Virus record (IMG/VR): IMGVR_UViG_3300025015_000001
Reading direction: 5' to 3' (one strand)
From: a virus
Length of the DNA: 64,000 nucleotides
Shown: in pieces, positions 9,969 through 19,697 of the stretch
Position numbering within the stretch: position 1 is the first letter of the stretch
Layout: every line of letters starts with the position of its first letter
The notes under the pieces: model-generated
Database searches by the model: none
Told to the model about the DNA's origin: nothing
What the model saw: the letters and a program-made list of their open reading frames with translations, nothing else
Program-made: the position numbers and the translations under genes

Positions 9969-10727
9969 TTACACATAAGGGAGGATTGTTTCTTTTTCCT
10001 GCGTAGTAAGTTTGATTGTTTTAATTACTTCTTCTTTTTTTAATTGAAGCTTTTCTATATAAGCAGGTCCTCTATTATAAAGAGACTTATTCATTTTCTC
10101 TATTTTAGGTTTAAATATATTTAATCTTGGATCCTCTCTGTTCAGGTTTTTATTTAGGTACAAATAAGCAGGGCATACTGAGTTCTGGTTAATAGTAGGT
10201 ATTTTTCTCTCTTCAATAGACAAAATAATAGAAGTCAAGTCCTCGGTAGTTAGAGGACTTGTAGTCTTTTGAACTCTCTTTAGGTTTTGAACTACAAGAT
10301 TTATATCATCGCTGAGAGATAATATATTTTCGTCCGGTACTAAGGGTAGGTTTATGTAGTGGTCTAGATATTCTTCTATTTTAGGTTTTCCTACTTTATA
10401 TTGTAGGTCTTCTATAAATCTAGTAAATCTATCTATAGATTTTTTATTATAAAAAAGAGTTACTGGTAGTGGTTTATTCTTCCACTTCTTATATATAGGA
10501 GATCTCCAGACAGTTTCATGTTGTATACGCAGATATAGCTTTACTTGATTTAATTCTAGTAGGTTTAATTCTTGCAGGAATGTACATAAATTCTTAAATT
10601 TAGTATAATTAGTCCCTTTTTCTATAGTAGTAAGCTCTGGTAGTGAGTGATTAACTCTCTTTATTATTTGCTCTGTATAATCGTCATAGATCAACGAAAC
10701 AGATTTTATAAATTCATTATTCATCAC
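9969..10727 (-). CDS. Hypothetical protein (replication cluster)
   Basis: 252-aa ORF upstream of the helicase; no motif recognised. Confidence 0.65.
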   Translation of the reverse strand: MMNNEFIKSVSLIYDDYTEQIIKRVNHSLPELTTIEKGTNYTKFKNLCTFLQELNLLELNQVKLYLRIQHETVWRSPIYKKWKNKPLPVTLFYNKKSIDRFTRFIEDLQYKVGKPKIEEYLDHYINLPLVPDENILSLSDDINLVVQNLKRVQKTTSPLTTEDLTSIILSIEERKIPTINQNSVCPAYLYLNKNLNREDPRLNIFKPKIEKMNKSLYNRGPAYIEKLQLKKEEVIKTIKLTTQEKETILPYV

Positions 10728-10804
10728 AGATCCTTTTAGTTAATAAAAACAAACCAAAGTCAAGAGCAAGATCTTTAGAAACTCAGCTACGCTTCGTTTC
10801 GTTA

Positions 10805-11497
10805 CTAATATTTACGTTTACGTACAATCGGACCAGAGGAAAGTATTTGTTCAGTAAAACTTTTTTGTTTAACTTGTGTAATTACTTTATCTTTTTTTCT
10901 TTTCTTCTTTCTCTTTAAGGTCTTACTATCTATAGGCTTCTTATTAAGAGTTTTATTATTATCTATTTCATTTAAATTTGTAACTAACCCCGACTTGCAC
11001 CTTATAAGCACGTCAAAAATGTTAAAAAAATCACTCATGATTTCTTCATTTTTTAAGCGTACTACATGTTTAGGTAAGATATTTAAAAGGCGTTTATATC
11101 TAGCTTTATCATAAGCTTGTTGGGCTAAATCAGTATGATAACCCCCGTCAACTTCGATAATTATTTGCTCTTTTACTAGATAAAAATCTATTATATAACC
11201 CTTCAAAACCAATGCATTATTTTCTTTTTTTCTATAAGCTATAGGTTTTTGAAAATGATACATTATATTTTCTTTATCTAGTAGTTGCTTGAGTCGAAGC
11301 TCAGCTTCTGTAGGAGAAGTACGCATCTTTTTTGCCTTCCTCTCTAGCCAATCAAAAAGTTCTTTCTGCTTTTTAACTGTTCGATCTGCATCTGCTTCTT
11401 TCTTAGCTGCACTAGCTTTTTTAGTCCCTTGCCGATTTGCAATATAACGTTCATACGCAGCTAATGATAGAAATTTATGCCCGTCGATACTTAGCAT
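10805..11497 (-). CDS. DUF559/Vsr-like PD-(D/E)xK endonuclease
   Basis: MRTSPTEAE...FQKPI...YIIDFY...IIIEVDGGYH...YDKAR. Confidence 0.85.
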   Translation of the reverse strand: MLSIDGHKFLSLAAYERYIANRQGTKKASAAKKEADADRTVKKQKELFDWLERKAKKMRTSPTEAELRLKQLLDKENIMYHFQKPIAYRKKENNALVLKGYIIDFYLVKEQIIIEVDGGYHTDLAQQAYDKARYKRLLNILPKHVVRLKNEEIMSDFFNIFDVLIRCKSGLVTNLNEIDNNKTLNKKPIDSKTLKRKKKRKKDKVITQVKQKSFTEQILSSGPIVRKRKY

Positions 11498-11540
11498 TAC
11501 TTCTCCTATCCTACCTAATATGTCAACAAAATGCTTTCTT

Positions 11541-11676
11541 CAGCGTTACAGTAGATATTAGAAGCGCTGGCCGCTTCCGCTCTACATCCTAGGTAATGGT
11601 GTCAACCTGGAACTGAGTCACTCTGTATCCCTCGCCCTATTACAGTATCATAAAGTAGCTGGCCCACTTTCAACTG
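11541..11676 (-). ncRNA. Putative structured non-coding element with two GGCCAGC-loop hairpins
   Basis: GC-rich intergenic island; hairpins AAAGUGG-GCCAG-CUACUUU and GAAGCG-GCCAG-CGCUUC, each followed by ACUGUAA. Confidence 0.5.
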
Positions 11677-12075
11677 TCATAAATTTCCCCGGCAATTTAG
11701 GGTATTTGCTTTTCTAACTATTACTTTCTTCGTGCTACTAATATTTTCTTTTTTACTCTGCAACCAAGGATGAATTTCTGAATGACAAGCGTGACACAGA
11801 GTTTGCCCATTGTCTAAACTAAATCTTTCTTTTTTATAACTAGCCCATGGTACAATATGATGTACTTCTACACGAATTTTGGAATTGCATTTTACACAAC
11901 AATTATTATCCCTAATTAAGCAAAAATCTCTCCAATATTTATACTTACTACAAGACCTCAACTCCTTATTATTCTTACCTTGTATAGGAGTTTCTATAAC
12001 AATTTTTTTAGCTTTATAGTATTTTTTCTTTTTATTATATGTAAATCCACACCCACTTAGCCCACCCCAATTCAT
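11677..12075 (-). CDS. HNH endonuclease
   Basis: RDNNCCVKC...VHHIVPW...NGQTLCHACHSEIH. Confidence 0.9.
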   Translation of the reverse strand: MNWGGLSGCGFTYNKKKKYYKAKKIVIETPIQGKNNKELRSCSKYKYWRDFCLIRDNNCCVKCNSKIRVEVHHIVPWASYKKERFSLDNGQTLCHACHSEIHPWLQSKKENISSTKKVIVRKANTLNCRGNL

Positions 12076-12125
12076 ATTCAGTACCTAGCATGTTTTTACT
12101 TATCCAATTAGTTTTCTATTTAAAC

Positions 12126-12154
12126 ACTTTATCAGAAAATATTTCAATTGTCAA
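12126..12154 (-). promoter_or_regulatory. sigma70-type promoter
   Basis: TTGACA-17 nt-TAAAGT upstream of the HNH gene. Confidence 0.55.
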
Positions 12155-12163
12155 CAAAGAAAT

Positions 12164-12207
12164 AGTATACCACAAATATTTTTAAAAAATTTTCAAATTA
12201 TGAAAAT
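12164..12207 (-). promoter_or_regulatory. Phage-specific promoter motif
   Basis: ATTTTCATAATTTGAAAATTTTTTAAAAATATTTGTGGTATACT; same architecture as the other copies. Confidence 0.7.
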
Positions 12208-12212
12208 AATTC

Positions 12213-12241
12213 TTGACTATAGACTAAATATATGTTATTAT
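12213..12241 (+). promoter_or_regulatory. sigma70-type promoter at the strand switch
   Basis: TTGACT-17 nt-TATTAT with TG extension. Confidence 0.65.
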
Positions 12242-12294
12242 TATAATATAAATTTTTAATGCTATAAGCATAGCACAGAATAAAGGAGAAGTCA

Positions 12295-12618
12295 ATGATG
12301 AAAGTTTCAAGGGATAATTTTACATGTCCTGCTATGGATTTATCTGCACTCAGTATAACAACATCCATATCTACATCTACTATACCATCTAGCGTGGCTA
12401 GCCCTTACCATGGTTATTCAACTTATAAGCCACCATTTACAATTTATAAGCCACCATTTACAATTAGTAAAGATTCAGACGGAACATGGCAGATTGTTGT
12501 TACTACTAAAAATAATAAATTTGCCAGAAGTGTATTACAAGCTTTACTAAATGATTGTGATGACTTAGGATTAGAAGAATCTATAGAAGTTACCGAACAA
12601 ATTAATAAGGCCATATGA
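12295..12618 (+). CDS. Hypothetical Ser/Thr-rich protein
   Basis: AAGGAG RBS; internal YKPPFTI duplication. Confidence 0.7.
   Translation: MMKVSRDNFTCPAMDLSALSITTSISTSTIPSSVASPYHGYSTYKPPFTIYKPPFTISKDSDGTWQIVVTTKNNKFARSVLQALLNDCDDLGLEESIEVTEQINKAI
12424..12465 (+). repeat. Perfect 21-bp tandem duplication
   Basis: TATAAGCCACCATTTACAATT x2, in frame. Confidence 0.95.
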
Positions 12619-12923
12619 TGGAATGGGGAGATTGTAAAGAGTGTCCTAAGTTTGTTTGTGATTCTGGTATTTATAACAGAACAAAGGAAATTTTTACACG
12701 AGGTAACATACTAAAAACTCCAGAGGTCTCTATCAGACCTATCTGTTTACTTAAAGACCATTTTAGAATCGATTATTGGTTTATATCTAAAACAGACAGA
12801 GAGCAAAAATTTAATTCTCTACAAGAAGCTCTGATTTATTTAGTAGAAAACGTAGAACTATCCTTTGAAAACTTACTATATTATACTAAAATTAAGAATG
12901 AGATAAATGAATATAATAGTTAA
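12615..12923 (+). CDS. LTKIK-family small protein (copy 2, Cys type)
   Basis: DCKECPKFVC...RPIC...FNSLQEALIYL...FENLLYYTKIKN. Confidence 0.75.
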   Translation: MMEWGDCKECPKFVCDSGIYNRTKEIFTRGNILKTPEVSIRPICLLKDHFRIDYWFISKTDREQKFNSLQEALIYLVENVELSFENLLYYTKIKNEINEYNS

Positions 12924-14448
12924 CCCAATCTACTCAGAAATAGATGGGGTATTTCCCTCCTCACTAAAAGAGCATTTATCATTTTTCTCACCGGGCTATA
13001 AATTTAGCCCTAAGTATAAAGGGTTATGTATAGCAAATAGAAAATGTGATAGTTTATTATGTAATTGCATATTTTATTCTACCTGTGTAGATAAAATAAT
13101 TAGGTATAAAAATAAAAAAAAGATAACATTATGTAAAGATACCAAATCGTGTAAGCATCAAGTACGAAGATGTAATTCTAAAGATGAATGCAAATACAGA
13201 AAGAGACAATGGGACGGAAAGATATCCTTATTAACCAAAAATAAATTTCCAACAGGATTACTTTCAAAAGTAAAGCAGTTTTTTGATCTAAATAATATAA
13301 AATATATAATAGAGGATAATAGATCATTTGCTAAGAAAGACACATTTAAACTATCAGAAGATTTTACAGCATGGGAACATCAGACAAAAGCTCTTAAGAT
13401 TGGTATAGAAAAAAAGAACGGTATCTTCTCAGTAGCAACATCTGGGGGAAAGACTAATATTGCTGCAATGATAATTGCTGATATAGGGCAGCCTACCATA
13501 TTTTTAACACATCTAAAAGGACTTCTACACCAGACAAAAGAAAGATTTGAGAATTTATTAAATTGCGAGGTTGGTATTGTTGGTGACAATAAATTTAATG
13601 TAAAGCCTATTACAGTTGCTAGTATACAAACTATAATTAGTCATATAGAATCAGAAAAAGATTTAGAATGGCTTAAACAATTTAAAGTAATGATATGTGA
13701 CGAAGTTCACCATCTCTCTAGTAATACTTGGGTTAACGTATGCAGACGTTTAGATGCCCCCTATAGATTTGGATTAAGCGGGACGGTAGACTTATCAGAT
13801 AATGGCATGCTATTGGAAGCGTATACTGGCCCTATCTTATATAGTATTAATTTAGATTATCTTGAGAAAAACAAACACATATCACCATTCTCAGTTAAAA
13901 TTATAAATATAGACAAACCTAAAGTATTTAAACAGAATTATAAAGATGTATATGATATCGGTATTATTAATAATACTTATAGAAATGAACAGATTGTAAA
14001 ATTAGCAAAACTATACTATAAAAAAGATAAACCAACTTTAATATTGTTTCGTTACATAAAACATGGTATACTATTATGTAGTATGTTGAAGAAGATGAAG
14101 CTTCGGCACGAGTTCATCTATCAGAATACTAAAACAGAGGAGCGTATAAGAATTAAAAATGATGTAGAAAATGGTAACTGTAAAATTTTAGTAGCATCAT
14201 CTGTATTTGATGAGGGGGAAAATTTACCATCTGTTAGTGTTTTAGTATTGGCCGGAGGAGAAAAAGGAGGCTTATCTGGGCGTAGATTACTTCAAAGAAT
14301 AGGAAGGGTGCTTAGACTAGCAGAAGGCAAGACAGAAGCCATTATATTTGATTTTAGTGATAATATACATAAGTATCTCAAAGACCACTCAGATCAGAGG
14401 TTGCGGGTGTATAAAGATAACAAAATTAAGTGGAAGGTTTTGGAATGA
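12907..14448 (+). CDS. uvsW: UvsW-like superfamily 2 helicase
   Basis: WDGKI, ATSGGKT, DEVHH, GLSGT, SSVFDEG, QRIGRVLR. Confidence 0.9.
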   Translation: MNIIVNPIYSEIDGVFPSSLKEHLSFFSPGYKFSPKYKGLCIANRKCDSLLCNCIFYSTCVDKIIRYKNKKKITLCKDTKSCKHQVRRCNSKDECKYRKRQWDGKISLLTKNKFPTGLLSKVKQFFDLNNIKYIIEDNRSFAKKDTFKLSEDFTAWEHQTKALKIGIEKKNGIFSVATSGGKTNIAAMIIADIGQPTIFLTHLKGLLHQTKERFENLLNCEVGIVGDNKFNVKPITVASIQTIISHIESEKDLEWLKQFKVMICDEVHHLSSNTWVNVCRRLDAPYRFGLSGTVDLSDNGMLLEAYTGPILYSINLDYLEKNKHISPFSVKIINIDKPKVFKQNYKDVYDIGIINNTYRNEQIVKLAKLYYKKDKPTLILFRYIKHGILLCSMLKKMKLRHEFIYQNTKTEERIRIKNDVENGNCKILVASSVFDEGENLPSVSVLVLAGGEKGGLSGRRLLQRIGRVLRLAEGKTEAIIFDFSDNIHKYLKDHSDQRLRVYKDNKIKWKVLE

Positions 14449-14678
14449 ATAAGTATGTTTTATTTCATACCGGGAGGTATGAAATAACCGAGCATAGTCG
14501 AGCTTTACTAGATAGTAAATATGTCACTTACTATAAAGTAAGAGATAAGTGGTATAATTGGGTAAATGAGTACTTTAACATATACGAAGCCATCGATTAT
14601 TTATTCGATTGCCCTATGTCTCTTGAGGATGTTATACAACTTACTAAATTAAAAATTCATTATGATAATAATAGATGA
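14445..14678 (+). CDS. LTKIK-family small protein (copy 3)
   Basis: YFNIYEAIDYL...LEDVIQLTKLK; ATG 14445 overlaps the uvsW stop. Confidence 0.75.
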   Translation: MNKYVLFHTGRYEITEHSRALLDSKYVTYYKVRDKWYNWVNEYFNIYEAIDYLFDCPMSLEDVIQLTKLKIHYDNNR

Positions 14679-14877
14679 TGGTAAGTATAGATTATATTCT
14701 TTCCGCGAAGAACTAAAATTTGTAGATTTTTCTACAGTTTTATTAGGAAGGGAGCATAGTATGTATTTTAAGACACCAGAAGACGGTGTAGACTACTTAT
14801 TAACGTGTAGTGATTTATCTTTAGAAAGTACCCTTAAACTAACCAAAATTAAAAATGAAGGATTCCAAAATGAATAG
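14662..14877 (+). CDS. LTKIK-family small protein (copy 4)
   Basis: YFKTPEDGVDYL...LESTLKLTKIKN. Confidence 0.75.
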   Translation: MIIIDDGKYRLYSFREELKFVDFSTVLLGREHSMYFKTPEDGVDYLLTCSDLSLESTLKLTKIKNEGFQNE

Positions 14878-14976
14878 GTTTATATAGAGTTTCATGGATG
14901 GTATTTAGATAAAAAAGAAATGGTATTATAAACAAATATAAATTTTTATGAAAATCCTGATTTATTAAATGAATAA
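14870..14976 (+). pseudogene. Possible YopX-like relic
   Basis: GAAGGA RBS + ATG AAT AGG, then in another frame VYIEFHGWY...*...FYENPDLLNE*, resembling the YopX C-terminal YENPELL. Confidence 0.4.
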
Positions 14977-15910
14977 TTACATAATTAACATACAACAGAA
15001 ATATAAAACAAAATTAGTATCATCTGATAATATTGGTATTAATTGCCCATGTTGTGTAGATAGTGGTCACACCACTGATACCGGCTATAACCTATGGGTA
15101 AGTATATCAAAGCCAGTGTATCATTGCTGGAGATGTGGTGCCGCTGGTAGAATTAATAAGTTATTAAAATTATTAGGAATTTCTGTAGAAGACGAGGTAC
15201 TATACGAAGATTCAGACTATGATTTAGATATTAACCTATACGATGAATTAAGTAAAATAAAAAAAATTAAAAATATTGAGTTACCACAAGATTATATACC
15301 ACTTCATAGGGGTACTACGTCAATTACGGGTAAACAAGTTTTAGATTACTTATTAAATAGAAATATATCATACGACAAAATAGAAAGATACAGATTAGGA
15401 TTTTGTGTATCTGGCTATTATAGTGGTAGAATAATCATTCCGGTATACGATTATAAAAATGAATTAATATTTTTTGTGGCCCGTAGCTATTTTGCTAATG
15501 TTGATAAGAAAATATTAAATCCATCTAAAGAGTTAACTGGAACAGGAAAATCAGAGATATTATTTAATATAAACAATAATATAAACAAAGACGAAGTAAT
15601 TGTGAATGAAGGACCATTTGATGCTATGTCCACTGATGGTGTAGCTTTATTTGGAAAGATTGCATCTGATGAGCAGATACATAAAATTAAAAAGTTAAAA
15701 GCTAATAGTATAATTATAATGCTAGACAGTGATGCTACTAAATATGCATACGAATTAGCGGATAAGTTATATGGATACAAAAAAGTTTATATCTGTGAAT
15801 TAGTAGAAGGTGATCCTAACACGAATATAGATAAACTAGGCGAAATACTAAAAAACAAGAAGGAGTATAATAAAATTAGTGGGTTACTAAATAAGCTAAG
15901 AATATGTTAA
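14969..15910 (+). CDS. dnaG: DNA primase (Zn finger + TOPRIM)
   Basis: CPCC...HCWRC, GRIIIPV, NEGPFDAM, MLDSDA. Confidence 0.9.
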   Translation: MNNYIINIQQKYKTKLVSSDNIGINCPCCVDSGHTTDTGYNLWVSISKPVYHCWRCGAAGRINKLLKLLGISVEDEVLYEDSDYDLDINLYDELSKIKKIKNIELPQDYIPLHRGTTSITGKQVLDYLLNRNISYDKIERYRLGFCVSGYYSGRIIIPVYDYKNELIFFVARSYFANVDKKILNPSKELTGTGKSEILFNINNNINKDEVIVNEGPFDAMSTDGVALFGKIASDEQIHKIKKLKANSIIIMLDSDATKYAYELADKLYGYKKVYICELVEGDPNTNIDKLGEILKNKKEYNKISGLLNKLRIC

Positions 15911-15945
15911 GACGAAATCAAGAATTATATGTATAGGGTGGTGAG

Positions 15946-16461
15946 ATGATAAGAAAAAAGCACGAACACAGAAAATGTCGGTTGACAAACTGCAGTACAC
16001 CATGGTGTACTAATCAAGTATCAAGCTATACAGATAGTCGAAATAGAAAAAAGAAATATTGTGCAGACTGCCTAATAGAGCACGATACTACAGTTTTAGA
16101 ATTACAAACACAGCATAATAGGCCCATAAAAGAGCTCATCATATTAACTGCACAAATGTTTAATTACAAATCAATGTCAGCAATAGCTGATTATTTTGAA
16201 TCACAAATTCCTATTATTAGATATATGATTAAAAAATACTATGGGCTTGAGTGGGATGATTTTAAGCGTATTAATTATTGTAAAGTAGAAGTATGTGAAA
16301 AAGTAGACGTATCCCATGTAAAGAATAAATACTATCTTTCGGACAAAATTAAAAGTAAAAAAGTATGTAATTGTTTAAGTAAAGATGGTATATCACTTAA
16401 TATATTAATTAAAAATGATAATGATATAGCCGTAGTAGAGAAAATTTTGAGGGAGGCATAA
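15946..16461 (+). CDS. Zn-finger/HTH-like putative DNA-binding protein
   Basis: C-x4-C..C / YCADC and a helix-turn-helix-like MSAIADYF...IRYMIKKY segment. Confidence 0.5.
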   Translation: MIRKKHEHRKCRLTNCSTPWCTNQVSSYTDSRNRKKKYCADCLIEHDTTVLELQTQHNRPIKELIILTAQMFNYKSMSAIADYFESQIPIIRYMIKKYYGLEWDDFKRINYCKVEVCEKVDVSHVKNKYYLSDKIKSKKVCNCLSKDGISLNILIKNDNDIAVVEKILREA

Positions 16462-16507
16462 TTTTTTTCATTTTTTAAAAATTTTTTAAAAATATATGTG
16501 GTATACT
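16462..16507 (+). promoter_or_regulatory. Phage-specific promoter motif
   Basis: TTTTTTTCATTTTTTAAAAATTTTTTAAAAATATATGTGGTATACT. Confidence 0.75.
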
Positions 16508-16543
16508 ATATGAGTAATTTTATAATTATATAGGAGACACATT

Positions 16544-18238
16544 ATGCTGCATGGAAAAAATCAAACTGTTTATGGGGACTGTCTAGCACTTTCTGATGAA
16601 TTTGTTAGTAAATTCTATAAAAAATCAGATAAAGAAATCATAGCCGGAATTCCTACTGGAAAATATCGTGTGACAAAGGGTATATTTAAAGGTCATATAT
16701 TTAATGGGCACGAGATAATCGAATCCAAACCAGCATGGCTTTATCCAGAGGATGAAGGAGAAGTAAGAATTTGGGATGATGATTCTGTCGGCAGAAGTTA
16801 CCCTGTAGAGCACACCGAATTATTATCTGAGGCAAATGAAGCTTCTATTAAAATTTCATCCAAACAAGAATTACCTAAATTAGGATATACATCTGTAGCC
16901 CCGGGAATATACCGCGATGCAAAACATCACCTGTGGCAATTATCACGGGATGGGGAAGGTTATGTCATAGAAAGAACTGCTGATGAAGAAACTATAAGAA
17001 AAGCAAAAGAAACAAAGACTGCTAAATTATCTTTTGAGCAGTTTATTAAAGCTACAAATTTAAGTGCTTTAAGATGGTTTATACACAATAAAGTTCCTTA
17101 TCATGGGACAGAGTCTTTTGATAAAGACTACTATAAAATTAATATTGAGGAAGGCGATATAAGTTTAGCTAGAGTTGCTGAACTCTACCCAGACATTTAT
17201 AATGTATATTTTGATGCTATTAAAGAATATTATTATTTTTATAAAGACAAAGGCGTAAAAAATTCATTCAGAAAATCAGCTACCATTTTTAAAGTAGAGC
17301 AGGAGTTCACCATTCCAGGATTTGAGGATGTGGTTTTTTCTCCCGATGAAGAAATAGAAACTTTCAAAACTTCAGTATCATCTGATAAATATCAAACATC
17401 CATAATTCAGAATATGTTGGGTAGAGAAGTTCCTATTATGGATACCACCCTATCCAATCTTATACAAAGTAGATATATTACAAAAATAGCCAAAATCTCA
17501 AGAAAATTTTTAGTTGTGGATTCTGAATTTAATCAAACACATTACCCTGATATTATTGGAGAAACTTTTGATGAAGCCCCTGGCTATGCTCAAGTTAGAA
17601 TAATTGATAATGATAAGATCTCCTCTAGGCTTACTACAAAATCAGATATGCCATTAGATGATTTTTCAAATGATCTTAATCAAAGTGGAGTATATTATCA
17701 AAAAGGAAGCCAAAGAACCGACACAGAATCCGGCAAACTTATTACTGATTTTGAGGTAGAGGATAAAGACTTGGATACATTTAAAACTATTGCTAGCGAT
17801 TATGGTATAATTGTAGAAGCTAATAAGACAGCACTAAATAAATATAAAGTCGGTGACAATGTTGTCTACGACCCTTTTGATAGAGGAGACCCACACTTTC
17901 CAGAATTAATTGGACACAAAGGAATTGTGCTTGAAGTTCAACAGCACTCAGATTATGAAGGGTATGTCCCCCCATCATACAAAGTAAAGTTTGACACGGG
18001 ATTTATTCCACAATATGGGATATCTGGAGAAGATCTAGTTTTATCCAAGTTTAGACAAGCAGAAATAGAAGAATCTAAAAAAGTATTCTCAGACGAAGCC
18101 ATTATTAAAGGTATATCATTACTGATTAATATGGGATTTACTAAAAATGAAGCTATTAAGGAATTCATAGCATCAAATGAATTAGATAGTGAATATAAGA
18201 AAAATATAGAAAATATTCTTGATAAATATAAAATATAA
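16544..18238 (+). CDS. Modular putative virion (head) protein with SH3/KOW-like modules
   Basis: YKVGDNVVY...GIVLEV...YKVKFD module; several K-x-A junctions. Confidence 0.6.
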   Translation: MLHGKNQTVYGDCLALSDEFVSKFYKKSDKEIIAGIPTGKYRVTKGIFKGHIFNGHEIIESKPAWLYPEDEGEVRIWDDDSVGRSYPVEHTELLSEANEASIKISSKQELPKLGYTSVAPGIYRDAKHHLWQLSRDGEGYVIERTADEETIRKAKETKTAKLSFEQFIKATNLSALRWFIHNKVPYHGTESFDKDYYKINIEEGDISLARVAELYPDIYNVYFDAIKEYYYFYKDKGVKNSFRKSATIFKVEQEFTIPGFEDVVFSPDEEIETFKTSVSSDKYQTSIIQNMLGREVPIMDTTLSNLIQSRYITKIAKISRKFLVVDSEFNQTHYPDIIGETFDEAPGYAQVRIIDNDKISSRLTTKSDMPLDDFSNDLNQSGVYYQKGSQRTDTESGKLITDFEVEDKDLDTFKTIASDYGIIVEANKTALNKYKVGDNVVYDPFDRGDPHFPELIGHKGIVLEVQQHSDYEGYVPPSYKVKFDTGFIPQYGISGEDLVLSKFRQAEIEESKKVFSDEAIIKGISLLINMGFTKNEAIKEFIASNELDSEYKKNIENILDKYKI

Positions 18239-18255
18239 TTTAGAGGATAAATAAA

Positions 18256-18672
18256 ATGGAAAATACTAAGCTAACATATCTCAAAGATAAGTCAATAGCA
18301 GTTAAGAATGGCCACAAAGTATCTAATGAACTTGATGACTTTTTTATGTGGTGCGCAGCTAATAAGCTTACATTTAGACATGCGTATATGGAGGATATAG
18401 ACAATAGGATTGTTTTATCTATGGGGGGGACTTCGATTACATATTTTACCATACCCGAAGAAATAATTCCTACCAAAGAAGATTTTTTATCGAATAAATC
18501 AGCCGCAATTAAAAAAATTAGGGATTACATATTTTCTAAAGCTCAGGCTGTAGAATATGCATACGAATCTTATGCCAAAGATGGCTCCTATCATACAACA
18601 GCTTATGTGGAGTTTAGGCAAGCAGATAAAGATATTGAAAAATATTTAGATAATAAGTATAAAGGAGAATAA
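18256..18672 (+). CDS. Putative head-associated protein
   Basis: Shares a 27-codon module with 43675-44334. Confidence 0.65.
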   Translation: MENTKLTYLKDKSIAVKNGHKVSNELDDFFMWCAANKLTFRHAYMEDIDNRIVLSMGGTSITYFTIPEEIIPTKEDFLSNKSAAIKKIRDYIFSKAQAVEYAYESYAKDGSYHTTAYVEFRQADKDIEKYLDNKYKGE

Positions 18673-18673
18673 A

Positions 18674-19675
18674 ATGAAAATACAAAGTTTATATAAAAAT
18701 AAAAGTCTATCTAATATGTTTGATAATCTGTTAGATAAATTTGAAGCAAAAGAAGTTACAAAAAAGGAATCATATTCTCTAGCAAGAGGGGCTTTTGATA
18801 AAGTTAAAAAGCAAGCCTCTACTGTTATGGAATTGGATAAGTCTACTATAGTGGTAGCAACTAAAGATGCTTATGAGAAGATAGCAGAGGTAGCCAATGA
18901 GCACCCAGAGAATAAAGGAATATTAAATTTAGCCTTTCATTTTAAATCTAAGTATGAGAGTGACCCTAATGGCTATCTTACTATGGCACATATAGAAGAT
19001 ATTAGAAAGTATGCCGACAGGATTCTTCCAAAAAGATTATTTGCTAAGTCATCCTCTTTAGTGCATGATGCTATTAGTGATATGATTACATCATCTATAA
19101 AAAATAGATTTGATTTTAGAAAGCTCGATAAAATAGCATCAGAGATCACTTCTCAGGATCAATTTGATATTGCTATGGAAGCAAATGGTTTTTCATTAGA
19201 TAGGCCTGATATGGAACAAATAAGAGAGTACATAGCATATAAGGTCAATACCAATTCAGGAAGCGAACTTACTACAAATAATTTCAAATCATCTGAGAAA
19301 GTTAAACGCACAATAGAATCTCTTAAAGGCAAAGGAGAATTTAATACAGATACTATTAAGGCTGTTTTTAACGAGGATTGGAAAACAATAATACAAGAAA
19401 AGAAAGCTAATAGTGCACAATTTGAGGGGGCTATGTTAGATTATCAGGATAACTCTAAATTATCATTAGAAGATGCTTTAGCTCAGAATGATATAGTGCA
19501 TTTGTTTGATACCAAAACAAGCAATACTTATATAGTAAGAAAAGATATGTTTGGTGGATTTAATTTATATTCATCTAAGCATGGTTCTTCTGATGCTATA
19601 CTGTTGGATAAGTATACTACAATTGAGGGTCTTAAGAACGATGTTAATGTACTCCCTGATATGTGGGCTATCTAA
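18674..19675 (+). CDS. Putative virion protein
   Basis: 333-aa operonic ORF with KQA/KIA/KKA motifs. Confidence 0.6.
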   Translation: MKIQSLYKNKSLSNMFDNLLDKFEAKEVTKKESYSLARGAFDKVKKQASTVMELDKSTIVVATKDAYEKIAEVANEHPENKGILNLAFHFKSKYESDPNGYLTMAHIEDIRKYADRILPKRLFAKSSSLVHDAISDMITSSIKNRFDFRKLDKIASEITSQDQFDIAMEANGFSLDRPDMEQIREYIAYKVNTNSGSELTTNNFKSSEKVKRTIESLKGKGEFNTDTIKAVFNEDWKTIIQEKKANSAQFEGAMLDYQDNSKLSLEDALAQNDIVHLFDTKTSNTYIVRKDMFGGFNLYSSKHGSSDAILLDKYTTIEGLKNDVNVLPDMWAI

Positions 19676-19697
19676 TTAATAATTTAAGGGGTTAAAA

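Noticed and set aside
11541-11700. Cobalamin riboswitch (ACTGTAA motif; a B12-dependent RNR is present)
   Set aside because: Lacks the rest of the B12-box consensus and is not upstream of nrdJ.
12424-12465. 21-bp tandem repeat as origin iterons
   Set aside because: Only two copies, in frame inside a coding region; a simple duplication.
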